A DNA stretch of 64,000 nucleotides from Alphaproteobacteria bacterium (GTDB lineage: Bacteria; Pseudomonadota; Alphaproteobacteria; GCA-2731375): contig CBDDBZ010000035.1 in the NCBI GenBank assembly GCA_965225945.1, forward strand, positions 32,001 to 96,000. The letters run 5' to 3'. Position numbers and translations under genes: made by a program. The notes below the pieces were generated by a model. It did not search any database and had not been told where the DNA came from. It saw only the letters and a list, made by a program, of their open reading frames with translations. Of this stretch, positions 10,451 through 21,901 are shown in pieces; the stretch's first letter is position 1; each line of letters starts with the position of its first letter.

Positions 10451-11292
10451 CTACCGAAGTTGCTCTCCCTCGTACACCGCACTGAAATGATCGGCGAAGT
10501 CGAATCCGTCTAAAATAACATGGTCGGCGGTTTGATAGTCTGCCATGAGAGGAAATTCAATGCTCTTATGGTCTTTTTCGCTGTGAGCGAACCACATTAT
10601 CCTATACTCTCGATCGTACTTGTACGGGGTTATGGGTTTTGTGAAGACACGATCGATATCCAATACACCGCTGTTTGCGACTTCGTCAATAGTGTCCCTG
10701 AATTCTCCGAACGATTGAAGAAGTACTTTTCTGTCTCCGTACGCAATTGCACCAGATAACGCGAACAAATGAGCCTTTAAGTTCAAGTGATCGCGGAGCC
10801 GATCCGTCAGCATCTGACAGGTCCGTCCTGGAGAGCTAAGGCATAGGGTCGGTGTTCCTTCTGGTAGTTTCAGGTTTGTCCTGATTTGCTCAAACAGCAT
10901 GTTTCTCTTTTTCCTGCTCAGGCTCTTTGGGACCATAGACAGGGACATCGATAGTGGATTTCCCATCACGAGTTTTCTTTCGCTGGTTAAACTCCCAGTC
11001 CCGGATAGCGCAGTTATTTTCTTCCCCGGAAGTAACCTAAGACGCCAATACTTTCGTCATTTCTGACGACCCATTTCCCACTATTCTGGTTCTCCCACCG
11101 AATTTGTGCCGAGACCTCTCCCTTATCACTCCGTGCATCGTCGAATCCCTTGTTTCGTTCGATAGAACCTATCAGTACGGTGCCTGATTCGCATTTCGGT
11201 AAGTCGCTTTTGTCAACGAAACGGATGAAGTGACAATTCGATGCCGTTTTGTAATCTATTCCTCCTATGCAATATCGGGGCGCTTTGGTCAT
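10451..11292 (-). pseudogene. Low-GC hypothetical gene, probably one CDS split by a frameshift near 11020
   Basis: ORFs 11014-11292 and 10451-10969 are collinear and AT-rich; C-terminal FTKP...Y..REYRI motif. Confidence 0.5.
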
Positions 11293-11514
11293 CGGTCTGA
11301 ATTCCCGTTTCTCCTAGCTAGCGTTGCGGTAGTGGAGATTGTACTACCAGTTGCCACCGAGGTGACGCGAATGTCGACGAAATCCCACATCACTTTAGCG
11401 GTTGCGGATAACCGGCTTCCGTGCTTCGCACAATACTCACGCGCCACTCGCGCCGTTAGGTGAAGGCGAATGACGGTTACTGGCCAATCAGAATTTCGAG
11501 TTTCGGCGGGCTGA

Positions 11515-11735
11515 TCATGCCGTCAACGCAGACGCCTCAACGTTTCCGTTGAGTATGTCCGCGCCGATGCTGTCGGCGACTCGGGCCGACGATGCTTTGA
11601 TCGAATTGCACGCCACATGTGCATATGGCGAGGTCGTATCGATCTTGTTGTGGCCCAAGAGCTTCCCAATCATGCTGAGGCTATCCCCCAAGGCCAGCGC
11701 CCGCGAGGCGAATGACTGCCAACTATCACACGGAA
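11515..11735 (-). pseudogene. Tyrosine integrase C-terminal relic
   Basis: SFASRALALGDSLSMIGKLLGHNKIDTTSPYAH parallels the C-terminus of the integrase at 20588-21733. Confidence 0.75.
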
Positions 11736-11940
11736 GTTCGAATTCTGGAGCCCTGACACGCGGATAGCGGCGCTCCATCTGCCCCACGATCGCCGTATCT
11801 CATCTAGCGGCGTCGCCAAAGCCGCCGACCCGTACTCCGCCGCGAAGAGACCGAGTCCGGCGCCCGTCGGTAGAGGCGCGGACGCCGGAGCGAGGCCCCG
11901 CGCTGCGCTCGCGCAACGCATTCAGACGGGGATCGCCGCC

Positions 11941-12183
11941 ATGACCGACACGAACATCACCGAGCAGCACCGACACGCATTCGAGGCGTTGACGAGCGGC
12001 CGCTACGACAACTTTGCCTTGTTCAGTTGCACGGTCGACGGCCTGCCGGCCGCGGCCATTGTCACCGTACACCAGTGTGCGCCTGCCGAGGACGGTGGAG
12101 AGCCGGAGTACGTGCTCCAGCCGCTCTTCGTGAGCGTAACCGCGGCAATGAAGGTTGCCGACCACGACGGAGTCGAGGCATGA
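11941..12183 (+). CDS. Small mobile-element protein (DUF6117-like)
   Basis: FEAL...NFALFSC...PAAAIV...PLF pattern; ATGA overlap with the next gene. Confidence 0.6.
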   Translation: MTDTNITEQHRHAFEALTSGRYDNFALFSCTVDGLPAAAIVTVHQCAPAEDGGEPEYVLQPLFVSVTAAMKVADHDGVEA

Positions 12184-13025
12184 GCGGCGTCCCGCCGCTC
12201 CGCCGCCCGCCCGAATTCGTCATCCCCCGCCAATGCCGGAACCTGATCGAACGCGGCGCCCTGGTCGCCGTCAACAGCAGCGGCGGCAAGGACAGCCAGG
12301 CGATGACGATCCTGCTCTCGCGGTTCGTCGCCCGCGAGCAGATGCTCGTCGTTCACGCGCCGCTCCGCGAGGTCGAGTGGCCGGGCACCATCCGGCACAT
12401 TGAGGCCACGCTTCCCGACGGCGCACCGCTGATCCTCGCACCCGTCACCTCCGGCAAGTCGCTGCTCGACAGCATCGAGGAACGGGGCCGGTTCCCGTCG
12501 CCATCGGTTCGCTGGTGTACGAGTTCGACGAAACGCGGACCCATCGAGCGGGAGCTGCGCCGCCATCTCAAATCCCGCCCCCAATCCGGCGGGCGGCTGG
12601 TGAACGCCATGGGCATGCGCGCGGAAGAGAGTGCGGCGCGCGCGAGGAAGCTCCCCTGGAAACGCAGCGACCGCAACTCCAGGGCGGGGCGGTCCTGGTT
12701 CGACTGGCTTCCGATCTTCGATCTCACCGAGGCCCAGGTCTTCGACGTCATCCGCGCCGCCGGCCAGTCGCCGCATCCGGCCTACGGGATGGGAATGTCG
12801 AGACTGTCATGCGTGTTCTGCATCATGGCCTCGCGCGCCGATCTCCGCACCGCCGCGCGATTGCAGCCGGCGCTCTACCGCCGCTTTGTCCGCCTTGAAG
12901 AGCGCATCGGCCACACGCTCTCGCCGACCGGGGTCCCCTTGCCGGCTCTGACCGGCGTGCCGGTCCAGCCCGACCCCGGCGCATGCCGCTTCGAGCGGAG
13001 CGCCTTCCCCTTCGCCGGACCGTAA
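12180..13025 (+). CDS. PAPS-reductase-family (PP-loop, Fe-S) protein
   Basis: SSGGKDS PP-loop, RWCTS..KR.PI, GMRAEES..R, HPAY, RLSCVFCI. Confidence 0.88.
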   Translation: MSGVPPLRRPPEFVIPRQCRNLIERGALVAVNSSGGKDSQAMTILLSRFVAREQMLVVHAPLREVEWPGTIRHIEATLPDGAPLILAPVTSGKSLLDSIEERGRFPSPSVRWCTSSTKRGPIERELRRHLKSRPQSGGRLVNAMGMRAEESAARARKLPWKRSDRNSRAGRSWFDWLPIFDLTEAQVFDVIRAAGQSPHPAYGMGMSRLSCVFCIMASRADLRTAARLQPALYRRFVRLEERIGHTLSPTGVPLPALTGVPVQPDPGACRFERSAFPFAGP

Positions 13026-13304
13026 GACCGACCTTCCCGCCGAGACCCGCCGGCCCGCCGCGCCCATCGAAACCTTCCGCGACACGTCGGTCGCCCCGTT
13101 GCACCGGGAGATGCCTCGCCTGCGCCGCATCTGTTCCTGGCACCGTCTGCGAAGCCGCCTGACCGCCGTATCGGCGAAACCGCCATGCGGTTCCCGCCGC
13201 TCGCTCCACAGCGCCATGAGTCAGAGGGGCGGCTCGGACCGGGGCGAAGGCCGGGCGCCCGGAGGGTGCCCGCGCCGCCTCCCCGCCATTCCGGAGTCCT
13301 GTCC

Positions 13305-13712
13305 ATGACCCAACCCGCAACCATTTCCGCGGACTACACCCTCCGCCCCAGCGAGCTCTCCGCGACCCTCGCCCTCCTGGTCGAAGCCCGCCAGCCGACC
13401 ATGGTCTGGGGGCCGCCCGGCTCGGCAAAGTCGATGATCGCACAGCAGGTCGCGGCAGACGGTGGCCGCGAATATGTCGACGTCCGGGCGCTCCTGCTCG
13501 ACCCCGTCGATCTGCGCGGCATCCCCTGGCGCGACGCCGCCGACCGCACCCGCTGGGCGCCGCCGGTATTCCTGCCGCCGACCGACGACACCGGCCTCTG
13601 GCTCATCAACCTCGAAGAGCTGCCTTCCTGCGTGCCGATGGTCCAGGCCGCTCTTTATCAGCTCGCGCTCGAACGCAAGGTCGGCGAGTACGAGCTCCCC
13701 GAGGGCGCATCG
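13305..13712 (+). pseudogene. MoxR-like AAA+ ATPase, truncated
   Basis: WGPPGSAKS Walker A, DLRGIP, INLEEL Walker B, VQAALYQL; breaks after ELPEGA. Confidence 0.8.
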
Positions 13713-14040
13713 CTCACCCGGCGCACGATGGCGGCCTCTTCATCGTTGATCGTGCGTTCGCCCCAGACGGGCTCGTCGGCGCCGTCGGTGATCTTCGCCA
13801 CGTCGTAGCGGTAACACAGGCCGCCCCCGGAGTGGCCCTTCTCGACCCGGCCGCGCAGGCCGCGCCGGGTCTTGGCCGCCAGGTCCTTCAGGAACAGCGC
13901 GTTCATGGTGCCCTTGAGGCCGGCATGGAGTTCGGTGATCTTACCCTCGGCCAAGGTCCAGATTGGCACCCCGGCGAAGCGCAGGTGCTTGCCGACTACG
14001 CGGAGGACCGTCTTGGCGCGGCTTGCCGCCGTCACCGTCC
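13713..14040 (-). pseudogene. Large serine recombinase internal fragment
   Basis: LKGTMNALFLKDLAAKTRRGLRGRV..G.SGGG...INDEEAAIVRR. Confidence 0.75.
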
Positions 14041-14297
14041 CTAGTTTACCCGCTGTTTCCCGCCCGGGCCAGCGATCCGTGTGAAACCGGGCCGTGGCGG
14101 CGCTACCGGGTATTCGGTCGGGTCGTCGGAACATTCGATCCGGGGGATTCTCCAAGCTCTGATTCTGCGCGTTCCGCGGCGTCAAAAAGGAGTTTGACGC
14201 AATCGGATGAACTGGTCATTATCACTGGGATTCAAGGGTGCCGGACAACGTCCGGGCCTTCAGGTTGAAGTCGTGAATTAAACAGGGAGCGTCTACC

Positions 14298-15318
14298 ATG
14301 AGACCTTTAGAATGTATTAACTGCGACCCTTGTGGTCGCTTCTTTTACCGTCGCGGCGTCGGCGTCGGCGGGAACGCTTGAAGACGTCAAGGCCCGCGGC
14401 GTGTTGCGCTGCGTCGTCAGCACCGGCATCGCCGGCTTCGCCTACCCGGACGCAAACGGTGTCTGGAAAGGCTTCGACATCGATTTCTGCCGTGCGACTG
14501 CCGCGGCGGTCCTGGGGGATGCGAGCAAGATCAAGGCGGTCACCTCGACCGGCAAGACCCGGTTCACCCTGCTTAACTCGGGTGAGGGCGACGTGCTGTG
14601 GCGGAACACCACCGTCACCTTCTCGCGCGATGTCGGCGTGAAGCTTCGGTTCCACGGCATCAACTACTATGACGGCCAGGGCTTCATGGTGAGCAAGGAG
14701 CTTGGCGTGAGCAGCGCCAAGGAACTCGACGGCGCCTCGGTCTGCATCCAGACCGGCACGACGACCGAGCTCAACCTGGCCGATTACTTCCACGCCAATG
14801 GCATGAAGTACGAGGCCGTGACCATCGAGACCAACGACGAGGCCCGGCAGAACTACACTGCTGGGCGGTGCGACGTCTACACCACCGACGCCTCGGGCCT
14901 GGCCTCGACCCGGTCGACGTTCACGGATCCGGAGAATCACATCATCCTGCCCGAGATCATCTCGAAGGAGCCCCTCGGTCCGGCCACCCGTCACGGTGAC
15001 GACCAGTGGTCCGACATCATAACCTGGGTCCTCAACGCGACGGTCACGGCCGAGGAAAAGGGCGTCACAAGTGCCAACATCGACTCGATGAAAAAATCCA
15101 AGGATCCCGAGATTCTGCGCCTCTTGGGCGTGGAGGGCAGCCAGGGTAAAGAGTTGGGCCTCAGCACGGACTGGGCGTACAACATCATCAAGTCGGTCGG
15201 CAACTACGGTGAGATCTTTGAGCGCAATATTGGCGTGAAAACGCCCATCGGTCTCGAGCGCGGCCTCAACGCCCTGTGGATAAACGGCGGACTTCAGTAC
15301 TCGCCGCCGTTCCGTTAA
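14298..15318 (+). CDS. aapJ: General L-amino acid ABC transporter substrate-binding protein; apparent 1-nt frameshift in the signal peptide
   Basis: GFDIDFCRA, YYDGQGF, QTGTTTE, ISKEPLGP, GNYGE, LQYSPPFR; RBS GGGAG then ATG 14298, which is 1 nt out of frame with the main ORF. Confidence 0.9.
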
Positions 15319-15347
15319 TACAAAGGCGCATCGTCGATCAATTTAGA

Positions 15348-15386
15348 AGCGTGCCGGCGCCCTCTCGGGTTCCGGAACGCTTTTTA
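15348..15386 (+). terminator. Intercistronic stem-loop/terminator after aapJ
   Basis: AGCGTGCCGG...CCGGAACGCT followed by a T-run. Confidence 0.5.
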
Positions 15387-15463
15387 TCCCTTGTCTCTTG
15401 CATTTCCATGTACGTTCTTATTAGCTTACCTGCTTGGATAGGGAACCCATAAAAACGAACGTC

Positions 15464-16663
15464 ATGGCTGCAATTTCCAAGACAGGTCCCGACACACGCA
15501 ACTCGATCGCGCGCCTTTGGCGCGATAAGGAAACCCGGTCCGTCATCATCCAAATCGTGACGCTGGTGGTGATACTCACCGCCGTCGCGCTCATCCTCCG
15601 CAACGTCGTAATCAACCTCGAAGCGGTCGGAAAAGTGTTTAGTTTCGACTTCTTTCTTTACCCTGCCGGTTACGACATTACGTTTTCGCCGTTTATCGAC
15701 TACAGCTCGAGGTCCACACATCTGCAGGCCGCCGTCGTAGGCCTTCTCAACACCCTGCTGGTCGCCGCGTGCGGCATCGTTCTGGCGACGGTCATGGGCT
15801 TCACCATGGGGATCCTGCGGCTCTCCAAGAACTGGCTGGTCAACCGTCTCGTTTATTGCTTCCTGGAATTCACGCGCAACGTTCCGGTCCTCCTGCACAT
15901 CCTGTTCATCCACGGGCTCGTCGTCACCCTCTTGCCGGTGCCCAAGAAGGCGGTGGTTTTCGCTGATTCCTTCTTTCTCACGAACCGGGGATTCTTCATT
16001 CCCCAGCCCGTTTGGGAACCGGGGGCCGGGATCGTCGCGGCGGCATTCGTGATCTCGATCGTTTTCGTTGTCTTCTTCATACGTTGGGCGAAAAAGATCC
16101 AGGACGAGATGGGCCGGATTTACCCCGTTTTCTGGGTATCGACGGGAGCGATCGTGGGGGTGACGGCGCTCGCTTTCCTTGGCGCGGGCATGCCGCTTTC
16201 CTGGGCTGTTCCCGAGCTTAAGGGGTTCAATTTCAAGGGCGGGGTGTCGATCAAACCCGAGTTCATCGCGCTGTGGCTGGCGCTTTCCTATTACACATCC
16301 TGCTTTATCGCGGAGATCGTGCGCGCCGGCATCATGGCGGTCAGCCACGGGCAGACCGAGGCCGCTCATGCGCTTGGGCTCCGTCCCAACAGGACGTTGC
16401 AGCTCGTCATTATCCCGCAAGCCCTTCGCGTGATCGTGCCGCCGCTCACGAGCCAGTACCTGAATATCACCAAGAATTCCTCTCTGGCGATCGCCATCGG
16501 CTACATGGACATCGTCGCGACGATCGGCGGTATCACCCTGATGCAAACCGGCAAGGAAATGGAGACGATGATCGTCGTTCTCCTGATCTATCTGACCATC
16601 TCATTGCTGATCTCGGCACTCATGAACTGGTACAACAAGAAGATGGCGCTGGTGGAGAGATGA
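15464..16663 (+). CDS. aapQ: Amino acid ABC transporter permease
   Basis: Multi-TM; AEIVRAGI...GQTEAAHALG; KNSSLA. Confidence 0.92.
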   Translation: MAAISKTGPDTRNSIARLWRDKETRSVIIQIVTLVVILTAVALILRNVVINLEAVGKVFSFDFFLYPAGYDITFSPFIDYSSRSTHLQAAVVGLLNTLLVAACGIVLATVMGFTMGILRLSKNWLVNRLVYCFLEFTRNVPVLLHILFIHGLVVTLLPVPKKAVVFADSFFLTNRGFFIPQPVWEPGAGIVAAAFVISIVFVVFFIRWAKKIQDEMGRIYPVFWVSTGAIVGVTALAFLGAGMPLSWAVPELKGFNFKGGVSIKPEFIALWLALSYYTSCFIAEIVRAGIMAVSHGQTEAAHALGLRPNRTLQLVIIPQALRVIVPPLTSQYLNITKNSSLAIAIGYMDIVATIGGITLMQTGKEMETMIVVLLIYLTISLLISALMNWYNKKMALVER

Positions 16664-16666
16664 GCC

Positions 16667-17788
16667 ATGGCTGACGCCGCGCAAACCTACGAAGCCGGCA
16701 AGCATCCGGAGCTGCCGCCGCCGCGCAGCGAAGTCGGTGTCCTCGGATGGGTCAGACACAATCTGTTTTCCTCGCCGTTGAACACGGTGATGACCCTCCT
16801 GGCCATTTGGTTCCTGTGGTGGCTGATACCGCCGCTGTTCGATTGGATCGTGCTGGACGCGATCTGGACGGCGGACTCGCGCAAGGAATGCTGGGACAAG
16901 ATGGAGGTGCCGGAGGGCGCCGCCTGCTGGGCCTTCATCAAAAATCGGCTGCAGCTTTTCATTTACGGGTTCTATCCCGAAGCCTCGCGCTGGCGCGTGA
17001 ACCTATCGTTCGTGCTCCTGGTAATGGCGATCGTGCCGGTGCTTTACGACAAGATGCCGGGCCGGAAATTCGGGCTCTTGTACGCGGTGGCGTTCCCGTT
17101 CGTCGCCGGCTGGCTCCTGGTCGGCGGCTTGGGCTTGACCCCCGTCGACACCGACCAGTTCGGCGGCATCATGCTGACGCTGATCATCGGCGTCACCGGC
17201 ATTTCGTTCTCGCTTCCCATCGGTGTTCTCCTCGCCCTCGGACGCCGGTCGAACATGCCGGTCCTGAGAATGCTGTGCGTCATGTTCATCGAGTCTATGC
17301 GCGGGGTGCCCCTGATCGCCCTGCTGTTCATCGCTTCATCGATGCTCAACTTCTTCCTGCCGCCGGGCACGGTCTTCGACCTGCTGCTGCGGGTGCTGAT
17401 CATGGTGACGCTGTTTTCGGCGGCTTACATTGCCGAGGTCGTTCGTGGCGGGTTGCAAGCGATCCCCAGGGGCCAGTCCGAGGCCGCCGATTCGCTTGGC
17501 CTGACCTTCGTGAAGTCTCAAATGCTGATCATCCTACCGCAGGCGCTTAAGATCTCGATTCCTGGCATCGTCAACACATTTATCGGGCTGTTCAAGGACA
17601 CCACTCTGGTTCTGATCATCGGGATGCTCGATCCGCTGGGCATCGGGCGGGCGTCGTTGGCGGACGCCGTCTGGGCGGGATTGTCGCGTGAGGTCTACCT
17701 CTTTATCGCCCTGTTCTTCTTCGTCTGCTGCTTCAGCATGTCGAGATACTCACTGTACCTGGAGCGAAAGCTCCATACCGGCCACTAG
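16667..17788 (+). CDS. aapM: Amino acid ABC transporter permease
   Basis: [19 protein letters not shown]; [10 protein letters not shown]. Confidence 0.92.
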   Translation: MADAAQTYEAGKHPELPPPRSEVGVLGWVRHNLFSSPLNTVMTLLAIWFLWWLIPPLFDWIVLDAIWTADSRKECWDKMEVPEGAACWAFIKNRLQLFIYGFYPEASRWRVNLSFVLLVMAIVPVLYDKMPGRKFGLLYAVAFPFVAGWLLVGGLGLTPVDTDQFGGIMLTLIIGVTGISFSLPIGVLLALGRRSNMPVLRMLCVMFIESMRGVPLIALLFIASSMLNFFLPPGTVFDLLLRVLIMVTLFSAAYIAEVVRGGLQAIPRGQSEAADSLGLTFVKSQMLIILPQALKISIPGIVNTFIGLFKDTTLVLIIGMLDPLGIGRASLADAVWAGLSREVYLFIALFFFVCCFSMSRYSLYLERKLHTGH

Positions 17789-17829
17789 CGTCGCCAGGGC
17801 CGGTCGAAAAGGAAAACCAGGAGGTCAGC

Positions 17830-18627
17830 ATGAGCGAAGGCATCGCGGAAGACGAAATCCGCCACCCGACGAAGGAGCTGACCGTCGGCGAAGAGATCGC
17901 GATCGAAATGGTCGCTGTCCACAAGTGGTACGGCCAGTTCCACGTGCTCAAGGACATCAACCTGACGGTCCATAAGGGCGAGCGCATCGTCGTCTGCGGA
18001 CCGTCGGGATCCGGCAAATCCACCCTGATCCGCTGCATCAACCGGCTCGAGGAGCATCAGAAGGGAAAAATCGTCGTCGACGGCAACGAGTTGACCGGCG
18101 ACCTGAAGAACATCGAGCTCGTCCGCCGAGAGGTCGGCATGGTGTTCCAGCAGTTCAACCTGTTTCCCAACCTCACCGTCCTGGAAAACTGCTCGTTGGC
18201 GCCGATCTGGGTGCGCAATATGCGCAAGGCCGAGGCCGAGGAACTCGCCATGGAATACCTGGAGCGGGTCAAGATACCCGAACAGGCGCTCAAGTTTCCG
18301 GGCCAGCTTTCCGGCGGTCAGCAGCAGCGCGTGGCGATCGCGCGGTCGTTGTGCATGAACCCCAGGATCATGCTGTTCGACGAGCCGACCTCGGCGCTCG
18401 ACCCCGAGATGATCAAGGAGGTGCTCGACGTGATGGTCGGGCTCGCGGAATCCGGCATGACCATGATCTGCGTGACCCACGAAATGGGTTTTGCAACGGC
18501 GGTCGCCAACCGCGTCATTTTCATGGACTTCGGCGAGATCATCGAAGAGAACGAGCCGCACGAGTTCTTCAACAACCCGCAGCACGACCGCACCAAGCTG
18601 TTTCTCAGCCAGATCCTGTCCCACTAG
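17830..18627 (+). CDS. aapP: Amino acid ABC transporter ATPase
   Basis: [27 protein letters not shown]. Confidence 0.95.
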   Translation: MSEGIAEDEIRHPTKELTVGEEIAIEMVAVHKWYGQFHVLKDINLTVHKGERIVVCGPSGSGKSTLIRCINRLEEHQKGKIVVDGNELTGDLKNIELVRREVGMVFQQFNLFPNLTVLENCSLAPIWVRNMRKAEAEELAMEYLERVKIPEQALKFPGQLSGGQQQRVAIARSLCMNPRIMLFDEPTSALDPEMIKEVLDVMVGLAESGMTMICVTHEMGFATAVANRVIFMDFGEIIEENEPHEFFNNPQHDRTKLFLSQILSH

Positions 18628-19048
18628 AGCATTTTCTGAGCTGACGGATTCTTTTTGGGATTCCCATGGGATCAAATTTCTGATTCAAGATGTGGGCTGG
18701 TGGAGGAGGCCAGCCTGCATGACGAAACCTCTTTCCAATGATCTTCGAGAACGGCTTGTATCGGCGGTTGACAGCGGCCTGTCGCGGCGCTCGGCGGCGC
18801 GCCGCTTCGGGGTTGCGGCCTCGACGGCGATCAAATGGGTGAATCGGTGGCGGCGGACGGGCGATGTCGGGCCTAGGCCGCAAGGCGGTGACCACCGCTC
18901 GCACCGGATCGAGGCCCATGCCGAGGAAATCCTGGCGCTGGTTGACGAGACGCCGGACATCACCTTGGGCGAGATCGCGGCACACCTGGACGCGGGGCAT
19001 GGCTTGACGGTGGCCCAAAGCACGGTCTGGCGGCTGCTCGACCGGCAC
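18627..19048 (+). mobile_element. IS630-family left end and orfA fragment (18719-19048)
   Basis: Starts at CTAG overlapping the aapP stop; MTKPLSNDLRERLV...AARRFGV HTH; cut by an IS21 end. Confidence 0.8.
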
Positions 19049-19446
19049 TGTCAATTGCGACTGAAAATTTCCCACTTTTGTCGATCGAAAATTTCTCACT
19101 TTGAGCGTGCGGCCGTACCCCCAGACGCGGTGTTTGGGGTGTCGGACTCGGTCGAGCTGCGGGTAACCGGGTTGGCGCAGCGACCGCCAAGAGTCTGGCG
19201 GCGACAACCCGGTTATCCACAGCGGGCGGGTGTCACCGCTCCTGTCTCCGTTTGAGCCGGCGATCACGCGGCGGCTCTTTTCCTGCGTCGATCCGAGCCG
19301 GACTGCAGCAGGTTCTGATGATCCTTCATCCGGTAGCTGTTGCCCCGGATGTTGACGATGTGGCAGTGGTGCACAAGACGGTCGATGAGAGCCGCCGCCA
19401 TCACCTCGTCGCCGAGCACGCCACCCCAGTCCTCGAAACCCTTGTT
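19049..19446 (-). mobile_element. IS21 right end plus istB 3' fragment (19264-19446)
   Basis: TGTCAA terminus with repeated GAAAATTT..CACTTT; NKGFEDWGGVLGDEVMAAALIDRLVHHCHIVNIRGNSYR. Confidence 0.8.
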
Positions 19447-19447
19447 C

Positions 19448-20552
19448 CTTGCCTATCCGGTTAACGCCCATGACCGCTACATGTAGGGTGCCGCCACTCT
19501 CCCGAGTAAAGCTCGGCATAGGTTGGAGCAGAGGTGTCGCCCGCGATGCCGAGCAATGAGCGGAAGGCGTTGAACGGGTAGAACCGCCTGTTGAAGCGGA
19601 AGGTGAACTCGTTGAGGTAGGCTTGTAGGTGCTGGTGGCTAACGCCGTGGTGGATACCGATCAGCCACGTCTTCAGGTTGGCGAAAACCAGATGGATGAT
19701 CGGCAGGTATTGCTCGGCAACCTCTGGATCACCACACTCGGCAACAGCGAAGTGCTCATAGCCGCGCTTACCGAGGCCAGCATAGCCGCTCCAATCGTCA
19801 GTAACGATCAGCGATCCCGGCGCGACGGTGCTCTCGACGAACCCACAGAGCGACTCGGCGCTACGGTCGAGCACGACGGCGAGCCGAACGCGTCCGGCAT
19901 AGCGTCCGTCTTTCCGGTTGTCGAGCTTGGTGCCCGGCTTTCGATGACGCACCTCGATGGCACAGGAGACGAGAACCTTGTGGTGAACACCACGGCCTTC
20001 CCCACGCGGTCGCCCGCCAACCCAAGTTTCGTCCACCTCAACATGGTTCTTGGGCTGTCCACCGATTCTGTCTTGGTTGGGCCGCACCATGCCCGAGCGG
20101 AGCTTGTGGAGAATTTGAAAGGCCGTCTCGTAGCGCGAAAGACCAAGTTGCCGCTGAAACTGCACGGCGGACATGCCGGGCGTCTGACTGGCGACCAGAT
20201 AAGCGGCCCAGAACCAGACGTTCAGCGGAGTGTGGCTACGCTCCATCACTGTTCCCACCGTCAGCCCGGTGTTCTGGCGGCACTTGCGGCAGCGCAGGAC
20301 GCCAGGGCGGTTTTCAAAGTGGAACGGCTCTCCCGCCGTGCCGCAGTGCGGGCAGGCAAAGCCGTCTCCCCAGCGGGCTTTCTCCAGGTAGGCGGCGCAG
20401 GCCGCATCATCGGGGAAAAGTCGCTGGAACTCGGGTAGCGAATGCGGGAATGGGAGATCGGCGCGGTCGAGAACATCCATGGCGCGCTCCCCTATATCCG
20501 GTTTGCGCCCATTCTAGCCCTAGTGGGTGTGGGTGTAAACCGGATAGGCAAG
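19448..20552 (-). mobile_element. IS1595-family element; transposase 19461-20480
   Basis: IRs CTTGCCTATCCGGTTAACGCCC / GGGTGTAAACCGGATAGGCAAG; CPHC/CRKC Zn ribbon, VEVDET, YLNEFTFRFNRR; no direct TSD. Confidence 0.9.
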
Positions 20553-20587
20553 GAAACAAGATTGAATCCGCACCTATTCTCAAGATG

Positions 20588-21733
20588 CTAATCGCTAACC
20601 TTGGCGATCCGGCTTGCGATGCGGTTGGCGGCGGACTTAACGGGATCGCTGGCGAGATGCGCATAGCGAGCGGTGGTCTGGACCTGGGTATGACCCAAGA
20701 GCTTGCCGATCATGGGCAAACCTTCGCCGACCAGTAACCCGCCGCTAGCGAAGCTGTGTCTCAAGTCGTGAATCCGCACGTCGTCGAGGTCGGCGCGCGC
20801 CCGAATGCGTCGCCAGGGATGTTGCAGGTCGGTAAGATGACTTTCCGGTTTACGTCCCGCGATCACCCAGGGGTTGCCATCTCGCCTGTCGATGCGCTCA
20901 AGAACTGCGATCGCCGGATCGCCGAGATACACCACCTTGGCGCCCGTCTTGGTATCGGGCAGGCGCAACTCACCCGCCCCCAGATCGACATGCTGCCAGC
21001 GCAGCTTCTGTATCTCTGATAGACGGCACCCGGTCAGCATCAGCAACCGAACCGCGGCGATGGCTGAGGCCGTCTCCGTACCGTCCACCTCGATCTCTTT
21101 CAGGGCTGCGCCCAGACGTTGATACTCGATATCCGATAGAAACCGCTCGCGCTTCTCCTCCCGGAATCGCTTTACATGCCGGCACGGGTTCGAGCCGTCG
21201 GGGCGGAGATCCCACAGCTCGGCCAGATTGAACATCTTGGACAAAACCCCGAGCGTACGGTTGGCCTGATAGGGCGTGTCGCGCATATCGTGATGGAGCG
21301 CCGCGATATCGCTCCTCTGAATATCGGGCACCCGGTACCTGCCGATCCGGGGATCGATGAACAGCTTGACTGAGCGGCGGTATTCCTCGGCCGTGCTCGG
21401 CTTGCAATGGGTGGCGACATATTCCTTCAGGAACCGTTTCCCCAGCGCGATCATGGTCGGCGCGTCGGCATTGCGCCCCGCGGGATTCTTTCCCGCTCTC
21501 GCGTCGGTGATGATCTCGGCGGCGCGCACGCGGGCATAGGAGGGGGTGACGGCGCCATGGGGGCCTATGGTCATCTTTATCACCCGGCCGCGATAGCGGG
21601 TCTTGACGATATAGACCTTGCGTCCGGTGGGGTGAACGCGCACCCCGAAGCCCTTGAGGTCGTCGTCCCAGACAACGCGCTCGCGCTCTTGGCCGGCCAG
21701 TGCATCGACGGTGCGCTTGGTAATTTTGGCCAC
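20588..21733 (-). CDS. Island tyrosine integrase with arm-binding domain
   Basis: WDDDLKGFGVRV N-terminus; TGCRLSE, HDLRHSF, LLGH, RYAH; adjacent to the att site. Confidence 0.93.
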   Translation of the reverse strand: MAKITKRTVDALAGQERERVVWDDDLKGFGVRVHPTGRKVYIVKTRYRGRVIKMTIGPHGAVTPSYARVRAAEIITDARAGKNPAGRNADAPTMIALGKRFLKEYVATHCKPSTAEEYRRSVKLFIDPRIGRYRVPDIQRSDIAALHHDMRDTPYQANRTLGVLSKMFNLAELWDLRPDGSNPCRHVKRFREEKRERFLSDIEYQRLGAALKEIEVDGTETASAIAAVRLLMLTGCRLSEIQKLRWQHVDLGAGELRLPDTKTGAKVVYLGDPAIAVLERIDRRDGNPWVIAGRKPESHLTDLQHPWRRIRARADLDDVRIHDLRHSFASGGLLVGEGLPMIGKLLGHTQVQTTARYAHLASDPVKSAANRIASRIAKVSD

Positions 21734-21799
21734 CGCGCTTTATCCCCTTGCAATCGGATATCAGGCACCTTATAGGTACCTAGAGAGAGCAAGTCAAGG

Positions 21800-21876
21800 C
21801 GCATTGAAGCGCACCCCTGCGCACTCGAAAGGTCCATAAAGCTATGGTTCATCGCACTGAAGCGCACTCCAGCGCA
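21800..21876 (+). repeat. 24-bp direct repeat pair (21/24 identical) between integrase and att site
   Basis: CGCATTGAAGCGCACCCCTGCGCA at 21800 and CGCACTGAAGCGCACTCCAGCGCA at 21853. Confidence 0.65.
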
Positions 21877-21901
21877 TGTATGTCATGACAATAACTTCAA
21901 A

